Below are positions 35,422-41,825 of a DNA stretch of 41,825 bases, in pieces. The position numbers and the translations under genes were made by a program. The stretch lies in the NCBI GenBank assembly GCA_044230415.1, contig JBGARE010000037.1, forward strand, positions 64,001 to 105,825, read 5' to 3'. The DNA is from Kofleriaceae bacterium (GTDB taxonomy: Bacteria; Myxococcota_A; Polyangia; Haliangiales; Haliangiaceae). Numbering within the stretch: the stretch's first letter is position 1; each line of letters opens with the position of its first letter. The notes beneath the pieces are model-generated. The model worked only from the letters and a program-made list of their open reading frames with translations, did no database searches and was not told the DNA's origin.

Positions 35422-36495
35422 ATGGGAAGCGCGATCGTGCTGCTCGGGGCGTGCGCGACGACGGCGAACACGTGTCCGCTCGGAACGCGGATCGAGACCG
35501 CGCAGACCGCCGCCGGTCGCGCCGAGTACTGCCGCGCCACCGAGGATCGCCTCGCGTCGTTGCCGTCGGGCCGCACGACGGCGAGCGCCGGGGCGATGCT
35601 GATCGAACCGACGGCGATGCCGGGCGGACTCTCGGGGCCGTTTACGAGCTGGCACGCGAACGGTGCGCTCGCATCGCACGGGACGTACCTCGACGAAGGC
35701 ACGCGCTCGATCCCCGACGGCGTGTGGGCGTTCTGGTCTCCGACGGGACAGCGCACGTCGCTCGGCCTGTATCGGCGCGGCGTCGCCGAGGGCTGCTTCG
35801 CGCTGTGGGACGAGCACGGCGAGCGCGTCACCGGTCACCCGGCGGGCGATCGGCTGACCATCGAGAGTTGCGAGCCACCCGACGACAGCGAGATCGCGAT
35901 CGTCGAGGGCCGCGCCCACGGCACGCTCGGTCCGGTGATCGGCGACGCGACGATCCAGGCGTTCGTCGGTCCCAACGGCATCGGCGCGCAACAACCCGAG
36001 CAACTCGATCCCGATCCGCGCATGCAGGTCGCGTTCGATGCATCCGTGCGACGGAGGTTCGGGCCGGTGCTGCTCGGTCCGATCGTGGGCCTTCGCGTAT
36101 CGAGCAACTTCGACTACCGCGGCTACACGATCGGCGGCGTCGCGGGGATCACGCACGCGCTGACGCCGCGCGTCGACCTCGACGCGTCGCTCGCGCTCGC
36201 GCTCGACTACGTCACGGTCACCGGTCGCCGCGGCGACGGGACGGCGGACTTGCGCTTCTTCACCGCGTTGCCGGTCGCGCAGGTCGGCGTCGCCTTCGCG
36301 CTCTCGCCGATGATCCACGCGGTGCTCGCGGCGCGCGTCGACGGACTGCCGGCTCGCGATGTCGAACGCTCGGTCACGTACTGTCGCGACGCGGTCGGGC
36401 CGATCCTGCAGTGCACCACGCCGCAGCTCGAGACCTGGCGCATCGGCGGCATCTCGTTCGGCGCCACGGCCGGCCTGCGGTTCGCGCTGCGCTAG
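35422..36495 (+). CDS. Secreted protein with a MORN/YwqK-like repeat region (N-terminal half) and a C-terminal beta-barrel-like domain.
   Basis: The start at MGSAIVLLGACATT was computed as codon 270 of track ORF 34615..36495. Repeats read SWHANGALASHGTYLDEG..., WAFWSPTGQRTSLGLYRRGVAEG..., and the C-terminus is ...GLRFALR. Confidence 0.55.
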   Translation: MGSAIVLLGACATTANTCPLGTRIETAQTAAGRAEYCRATEDRLASLPSGRTTASAGAMLIEPTAMPGGLSGPFTSWHANGALASHGTYLDEGTRSIPDGVWAFWSPTGQRTSLGLYRRGVAEGCFALWDEHGERVTGHPAGDRLTIESCEPPDDSEIAIVEGRAHGTLGPVIGDATIQAFVGPNGIGAQQPEQLDPDPRMQVAFDASVRRRFGPVLLGPIVGLRVSSNFDYRGYTIGGVAGITHALTPRVDLDASLALALDYVTVTGRRGDGTADLRFFTALPVAQVGVAFALSPMIHAVLAARVDGLPARDVERSVTYCRDAVGPILQCTTPQLETWRIGGISFGATAGLRFALR

Positions 36496-36537
36496 GTTTC
36501 GTCTCGCCAGGCGATCGCGACGCGGTACAGTCGCCCC

Positions 36538-36960
36538 ATGCAGCGTGTCGTCGCGCTCGTTCTCGTCGCCGGATGTATCGGCGGGACCACCGGCGGTAGC
36601 GGCGGTGGCTCGCGACCCGGCGTGATGCCGATGCTGTCGGAGCTCCCGACCGATCCGGGCAAGCGCGACGCGATCCTCGATCAGTCCGGCCAGACGCCGG
36701 GGCCCGAGCTCCGCAAGGGACAGACGAAGAAGGAGCGCAGGGCCGAGACCGCCGCGGCCGGCATCGCCGCGATCATCGGCAGCATGTTCTCGACCACGCA
36801 GAACGTCACGCTCGGAACGGCGACGACGTTCGACGAGAACCAGATCGTCTCGCCGAGTCGACCGCAACCGAAGCGCGACCCGAGCGCGGCACCGGACGTC
36901 CGCGAGCCGGTGCTCGTGCCGTGGATCAAGCTGCCGGTCGCCGAGCCCGTCGCGAAGTAA
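36538..36960 (+). CDS. Small lipoprotein, hypothetical.
   Basis: ORF track 140 aa. Lipobox LVLVAGCIG plus a Gly-rich linker. Confidence 0.5.
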   Translation: MQRVVALVLVAGCIGGTTGGSGGGSRPGVMPMLSELPTDPGKRDAILDQSGQTPGPELRKGQTKKERRAETAAAGIAAIIGSMFSTTQNVTLGTATTFDENQIVSPSRPQPKRDPSAAPDVREPVLVPWIKLPVAEPVAK

Positions 36961-37082
36961 CTCCACGGGCGCTGCGATCCGGGCCATCCGTCGAGGGAAT
37001 TCCTCGCCGCCCCCTCCGCCGGGTGGCTAGGTTCGCTGTCGACGCACTGCGTGGTAACCTCGATCTTCGGTCGCGCCACAAG

Positions 37083-39242
37083 ATGCACCAGCTCGATCAG
37101 ATCCTGTCCGAAGTCGCAGGCTACTTCCCGAACGCAGACCTGCCGTTGGTTCGCCGCGCCTATCAGTTCGCCGCGCAGGCGCATGAAGGACAGACGCGCA
37201 AGTCGGGCGATCCGTACGTCACGCACCCACTCGCGGTCGCGCAGGTGATCGCCGAGCTCAAGCTCGATGTCGCGAGCGTGTGCGCGGGCCTGCTCCACGA
37301 CTGCGTCGAGGACACGTCCGCCACGATCGAGCAGATCGGCGAGCTGTTCGGCAAAGAGGTCGCGTTCCTCGTCGACGGCGTCACCAAGCTCGGCAAGCTG
37401 CCGTACTCCACGCGCGAGGAGCAGCAGGCGGAGAACTTCCGCAAGATGCTGCTCGCGATGGCGCGCGACATCCGCGTCATCTTGGTCAAGCTGTGCGACC
37501 GCCTCGACAACATGCGGACGCTGAACCACATGCCCGCCGAGAAGCAGGAGCGCATCGCGGCGGAGACGATGCAGATCTACGCGCCTCTCGCGAATCGCCT
37601 CGGTATCCAGTGGGTCAAGGTCGAGCTCGAGGACCTGTCGTTCAAGTACATGTTCCCGGGCGAGTACGAGCAGCTCGCGATCGATGTCGCGAAGTCACGC
37701 GCCGAGCGGCTCGAGTACATCCACGCCGTCGAGAAGCTCATCCACAAAGAGATGACGGACAACGGCGTGCCCTGCGAGGTCTACGGCCGCGCGAAGCACC
37801 TGTGGTCCATCTATCAGAAGATGAAGCGCACGCAGCGCCCGTTCGAGGAGATCCACGACGCGATCGGCTTCCGCGTGATCACCGATTCGCAGATGCACTG
37901 CTATCAGGGCCTCGGCGTCGCGCATCAGACATGGACGCCGATCCCCGGACGGTTCAAGGACTACATCGCGCTGCCCAAGCCGAACCTGTACCAGTCGCTG
38001 CACACCGCCGTGATCGGTCCGCGCGGCGAGCGCATCGAGATCCAGATCCGCACGAAGGACATGAACCTCGTCGCGGAGCACGGCATCGCCGCGCACTGGA
38101 AATACAAAGAGGGCACGCCGATCGCGCCCGACGACAAGAAGTTCGCGTGGCTCCGCCAGCTCATGGAGTCGCAGAAGGATCTGCGCGATCCGACGGAGTT
38201 CCTCGAGAGCGTCAAGATCGACCTGTTCGGCGACGAGGTCTACGTGTTCACACCGGGCGGCGACGTGAAGGCGTTGCCGAAGGGGGCGTGCCCGATCGAC
38301 TTCGCGTATTCGGTGCACTCGTCCGTCGGTGATCACTGCTCGGGCGCGCGCGTGAACGGCATGATCGTTCCGTTGCGGTATCAGCTCCGCAACGGCGACA
38401 CCGTCGAGATCATCACGAGCCCGAACCAGAAGCCGAACAAGGATTGGCTCAAGCTCGTCAAGACGGCGCGTGCGCGCACCAAGGTTCGCTACCTCTTGCG
38501 CACCGAGCAGCGCGACAAGGCGGTGGTGCTCGGCAACGACCTGCTCGACAAAGCGCTGAAGAAGCACTCGACGTCGATCGCGCGCGCCGAGAAGCAGCTC
38601 AAGCACGCGGCCCAGGAGCTGCGCTGCGTGACCGTCGACGAGCTGATCATCCAGATCGGCTACGGAAAGATCACCACGCAGCAGGTGCTCGAGAAAGCGC
38701 TGCCCGAGCTGACGAAGGCCGAGAAGGAGACGCCGGCGAAGACCGAGAGCATGCTGAAGACGCTGCTCAAGAAGGTCACGCGGCGAACGTCGTCGAGCGG
38801 GATCAAGGTCGCCGGCGAAGAGGACATCCTCGTGCGGTTCGCGAAGTGTTGTTCGCCGCTGCCGGGCGATCCGATCGCGGGCTTCATCACGCGCGGCCGC
38901 GGCGTCACCGTGCATCGCCGCGATTGCGACAAGGGACTCGACCTCGATCCCGAGCGCCGCATCGACGTCGAGTGGGACGGCAACTCGAAGACGCAGCACG
39001 AGGTCGCGATCCAGGTGCTGTGCTCCGACAAGCCGGGGCTCCTCGCGCACATCTCGCAGTCGTTCACCGATCAGGGCGTCAACATCAACCAAGCGCACTG
39101 CCGCGCGACGGATGATGGCCGCGCGGTGAACACGTTCCACGCCTCGGTGAAGGACCTCGATCAGCTGAAGTCGGTGATCCGCTCGCTCACGCGCATCAAG
39201 GGCGTGTTCAGCGTGGATCGCGTGAGCGCCGACGTCGGTTAG
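37083..39242 (+). CDS. spoT: Bifunctional RelA/SpoT-family (p)ppGpp synthetase/hydrolase (HD, RelA_SpoT, TGS, ACT).
   Basis: The start at MHQLDQILSEV was computed as codon 55 of track ORF 36921... HD motif HDCVEDT, synthetase YQSLHTAV...RGERIEIQIRT, TGS VYVFTPGGDV, and a C-terminal ACT domain. Confidence 0.9.
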   Translation: MHQLDQILSEVAGYFPNADLPLVRRAYQFAAQAHEGQTRKSGDPYVTHPLAVAQVIAELKLDVASVCAGLLHDCVEDTSATIEQIGELFGKEVAFLVDGVTKLGKLPYSTREEQQAENFRKMLLAMARDIRVILVKLCDRLDNMRTLNHMPAEKQERIAAETMQIYAPLANRLGIQWVKVELEDLSFKYMFPGEYEQLAIDVAKSRAERLEYIHAVEKLIHKEMTDNGVPCEVYGRAKHLWSIYQKMKRTQRPFEEIHDAIGFRVITDSQMHCYQGLGVAHQTWTPIPGRFKDYIALPKPNLYQSLHTAVIGPRGERIEIQIRTKDMNLVAEHGIAAHWKYKEGTPIAPDDKKFAWLRQLMESQKDLRDPTEFLESVKIDLFGDEVYVFTPGGDVKALPKGACPIDFAYSVHSSVGDHCSGARVNGMIVPLRYQLRNGDTVEIITSPNQKPNKDWLKLVKTARARTKVRYLLRTEQRDKAVVLGNDLLDKALKKHSTSIARAEKQLKHAAQELRCVTVDELIIQIGYGKITTQQVLEKALPELTKAEKETPAKTESMLKTLLKKVTRRTSSSGIKVAGEEDILVRFAKCCSPLPGDPIAGFITRGRGVTVHRRDCDKGLDLDPERRIDVEWDGNSKTQHEVAIQVLCSDKPGLLAHISQSFTDQGVNINQAHCRATDDGRAVNTFHASVKDLDQLKSVIRSLTRIKGVFSVDRVSADVG

Positions 39243-39302
39243 TGACACCTCCCGCGGGCGTTCCCACGCGGTCGCCGGCGCGAACTGCACTAGGATGCAG
39301 CG

Positions 39303-39521
39303 ATGCGTGCACCGCGTTGGTACTTTGTCGTCGGCATCCTCACGTGGTTCGCGTCGCTCGCGCTGGCGCAGCCGCCGGGCGGCGGTCCCACCGGGCCGCA
39401 GAAACCACCGCAACAGGGGTTCCCCGTCGGATGGCGAACGTTTGTCGTGCTCGGCGCCATCCTGCTCGTGGTGTTCATCGCCGGTGCGGTCGCGAAGATG
39501 CGGAAGAACAGCGGGCGGTAG
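39303..39521 (+). CDS. Small membrane/secreted protein (signal peptide, Pro/Gly-rich, C-terminal TM).
   Basis: ORF track 72 aa. It has two hydrophobic segments. Confidence 0.35.
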   Translation: MRAPRWYFVVGILTWFASLALAQPPGGGPTGPQKPPQQGFPVGWRTFVVLGAILLVVFIAGAVAKMRKNSGR

Positions 39522-40349
39522 CTACGCCGCGAGCGAGGTCGTGCGGCACGCGCGACCGTCGAACGGGCGCCTGCGTTTGCACGACGGACACGTGGTGTTG
39601 CCGAGCGAGCCGGTCGGCACGCGCAAGCGACGCGCGCAGAAGCAGCGGATCACGACGTGCGCTTCGATCGGCGCGAAGGCGAGCGGACGCCGCGCGGTGA
39701 GCACGCGCGCGATGACCCACGCGATCGCGAGCTGGAAGCGCACGGCGCGCGACGCGAGCGGGAGATCGAGCGTGCGTGCGATCGACACGCGAAGCGACGC
39801 GCACACGCGCGCGTGAAGCGAGCGAACCGCGTCGGCGGGCAGCGGACCCTCGGCGGCGCGAACGTGGATCGATCGCTCCCCGTGCTCGTCGGCGCCCGCG
39901 AGGAGCAGCGGACCGAACCCGAGGAGCAGCGCGGCGAGCTCGGTGTCGATCGGCGATGGCGATCGGATCGTGCCGCGCGTCGACAGCACGCAGCGTGCAG
40001 CTTCACGCGCGAGGACGGCGCCGAGAGCGTGGCCGTCGTGCTGGAGGCTCTTGTCGATCTCGAGGAACCACGTGTGGCCATCGCGATCGGTGCGCGCGGG
40101 CGCGGTCGGCGTGGTCTTCCACATGACCACCGTCGCGTCGCAGCCGAGCCCCGCGTGTTGGAACACGCGCTTCGCGGCGCGCTGGAGCTCGAGGTCGGAG
40201 GCGATGCACTGCGCGACGAACGCGGCGTCCGCGGAGAACAGAAAGCTCTCGCGCACCGGACACGGCAACTTCATCGCAGCTGCGAGACTCGCCAGGCGTG
40301 CGGTGCGATCCGACATGCTCCTCCGATCCGGACGGAGCGAACGGAACAA
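39522..40349 (-). CDS. Hypothetical protein (TTG start at 40349, or ATG MSDRTARL at 40316).
   Basis: ORF track 275 aa. No recognisable family. Confidence 0.45.
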   Translation of the reverse strand: MFRSLRPDRRSMSDRTARLASLAAAMKLPCPVRESFLFSADAAFVAQCIASDLELQRAAKRVFQHAGLGCDATVVMWKTTPTAPARTDRDGHTWFLEIDKSLQHDGHALGAVLAREAARCVLSTRGTIRSPSPIDTELAALLLGFGPLLLAGADEHGERSIHVRAAEGPLPADAVRSLHARVCASLRVSIARTLDLPLASRAVRFQLAIAWVIARVLTARRPLAFAPIEAHVVIRCFCARRLRVPTGSLGNTTCPSCKRRRPFDGRACRTTSLAA

Positions 40350-40384
40350 AGTCGCGATGTGACGAAACGAACGAGACGAGAAGA

Positions 40385-40543
40385 TCAGGCCTTGGGAGCC
40401 GGCTTGCCGGGTTCGCCGAGGCTGGCGAACAGCTCGCTCGTCGACGGAGTCGACTTACGCGCGAGCTTGTTCTTGCGACGGCGTCCCGCCTTCTCGTGCT
40501 TGTTCTTGCGCTTGACGCGGGTGGCAGAAGTCCTGGAAGCCAT
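40385..40543 (-). CDS. Small highly basic protein (52 aa; MASRTSATRVKRKNKHEKAGRRRKNKLARKSTPSTSELFASLGEPGKPAPKA).
   Basis: Hand-translated from the minus strand. An AAAGG RBS-like element lies ~8 nt upstream. It is not in the ORF track under this frame and is overlapped by an Arg-rich plus-strand ORF judged spurious. Confidence 0.35.
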   Translation of the reverse strand: MASRTSATRVKRKNKHEKAGRRRKNKLARKSTPSTSELFASLGEPGKPAPKA

Positions 40544-40699
40544 GGGACGGGCCTTTTAGCGTCCGCAGTCGAGGCTTGTCAATGTGACCGGAGAATGGAC
40601 CCGATCGGGGAGGATGGGTCGACGTCGAGAGTGGGTCGCGCTAGATTGCTTTCCCTCGCGGATCTCCTTTACGATTCGCAGAATTAGAGGGACGCGGCG

Positions 40700-41825
40700 A
40701 TGAAACTCTGCCCGAAGTGCCAAAAGCAGTTCAGCGACGACGCGAACTTCTGTCCCGTCGACGCTGCACGCCTGATCCCGCTCGACGCCCAACCGGCGTC
40801 CGGCGGCGGAGGCGACACGTTGGCCGCCAAGTTCGACCTGGGCGACGCGCTCGGAGGAGCTCGGACCGGCACCGTTTACCGCGCCAAAGACAAGGCGTCG
40901 GGGGCGGCGGTCGCCGTCAAGGTGATCTCGCCGGCGGTCGTCGCGTTGCCGGGTGTCGCGCAGCGGCTCGACCGCGAGCTCAAGCAGCTCGAGCGCGTGC
41001 AAAGCGCCGGTGTCGCGAAGATCGTCGCGAGCGGCAAGCGCAGCGGCGCGAAGGGCGAGGAGACGTGGTTGGCCACGGAGCTGCTCGACGGCGCGCAGAC
41101 GCTCGCCGAGGCGATCGGCGCTCGCGGGCCGATTCCATTGGCCGAAGCGGCGCACCTGATCGAAGTGATCGGCGAAGCGCTGATCGAAGCCGCGCAGGTC
41201 GGCGTGGTCCACCGCGATCTCGCGCCGAAGAACGTGCTGTTCGCCGGTGGCGACATCAAGCTGATCAACTTCTCGGTGCCGGTTCCCACGACGGACAAGG
41301 TGCCCGGCGTCCCCGAGTTCGTCGCGCCCGAGCAGGTCGATGGCAAGGCCGTCGATCAGCGCTCGAACCTCTACAACCTCGGCGCGCTGTACTACTACGT
41401 GCTCACCGGCCAGACGGTGCACGCCGGCGCGGTCGAGGAAGTGCATCGCGCGCACGTCAACGGCGCGATCAAGACGCCATCGTCGCTCGCGCCGGTGCCG
41501 TCGAACGTCGAAGCCGTGATCATGCGTGCGCTCGATCGCAGCCCGACCAAGCGGTTCTTGACCGTGCGGCAGTTCGTGGACGAGGTCTCTCGCATCGCGC
41601 GCGGCGACAGCGATCCGAAATCGACGCAGCCGATGGGCGCGATCAAGGCGCGGCCCAAGGCCGAGCTCGTCGCGACCTTGCTCGGCATGAACAAGGGCGG
41701 TGGATTCGCGCCGCCTCCCGTCGTGGCTCCCGTCGTGGCTCCACCAGTGGCTGCAACGCCTGCAGCGCCCGTAGGAACGTCGACGGTGATCGGGGTCAGC
41801 CTAGGACCCCAGTCGCCCGCAATGG
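40700..41825 (+). CDS. Ser/Thr protein-kinase-like protein with an N-terminal zinc-ribbon (CPKCQ...CPVD), partial at the window end. DFG is replaced by NFS, so it may be a pseudokinase.
   Basis: Motifs: LGGARTGTVY (degenerate G-loop), AVKVI, HRDLAPKNVLF, FVAPEQ, plus a Pro/Ala/Val-rich C-terminal linker. It runs off the 3' end of the window. Confidence 0.8.
   Translation, partial: MKLCPKCQKQFSDDANFCPVDAARLIPLDAQPASGGGGDTLAAKFDLGDALGGARTGTVYRAKDKASGAAVAVKVISPAVVALPGVAQRLDRELKQLERVQSAGVAKIVASGKRSGAKGEETWLATELLDGAQTLAEAIGARGPIPLAEAAHLIEVIGEALIEAAQVGVVHRDLAPKNVLFAGGDIKLINFSVPVPTTDKVPGVPEFVAPEQVDGKAVDQRSNLYNLGALYYYVLTGQTVHAGAVEEVHRAHVNGAIKTPSSLAPVPSNVEAVIMRALDRSPTKRFLTVRQFVDEVSRIARGDSDPKSTQPMGAIKARPKAELVATLLGMNKGGGFAPPPVVAPVVAPPVAATPAAPVGTSTVIGVSLGPQSPAM

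Overview
This is a high-GC (~70%), gene-dense bacterial chromosomal window. The gene content and style (many sigma-54 NtrC-type regulators, lipoproteins, a Ser/Thr kinase, WG-repeat and MORN-like proteins, Arg-rich antisense ORFs) suggest Myxococcota, but that is inference only. About 38 protein genes can be supported; there are no rRNA, tRNA, CRISPR or obvious mobile elements.

The strongest candidate for a novel system is a tightly packed six-gene minus-strand operon at 1..7383. It carries a PspA/IM30 (bacterial ESCRT-III superfamily) protein, a NitT/TauT-family ABC transporter whose substrate-binding protein is fused to an OmpA peptidoglycan-binding domain, a two-TM coiled-coil protein, and a classic-clade AAA+ ATPase (partial, Vps4/FtsH-like AAA core). 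The ABC ATPase and permease share a duplicated N-terminal 'RDPAAEAAALAALE' motif after Pro-rich linkers. Together this suggests a PspA + AAA+ membrane-remodelling / envelope module.

Other items of note:
- a MinD/ParA-type ATPase fused to a J-domain and a RodZ-like HTH;
- selA with no sel partner genes in view;
- two HK/sigma-54 response-regulator pairs, one co-transcribed with an outer-membrane protein and a beta-propeller lipoprotein and preceded by a small Cys-rich peptide;
- an intergenic array of ~78-bp repeats carrying two perfect palindromes (TTCCGCGGAA and CGCCCACGTGGGCG);
- a divergent module with an AT-rich 21-bp operator-like palindrome in front of a nitroreductase-fold protein translationally coupled to a PaaK/F390-synthetase-like adenylating enzyme;
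- housekeeping genes yicC, gmk, rluD and relA/spoT.

Coordinates of internal starts were computed from the ORF track by codon offset. Small motif coordinates may be off by 1-2 nt.
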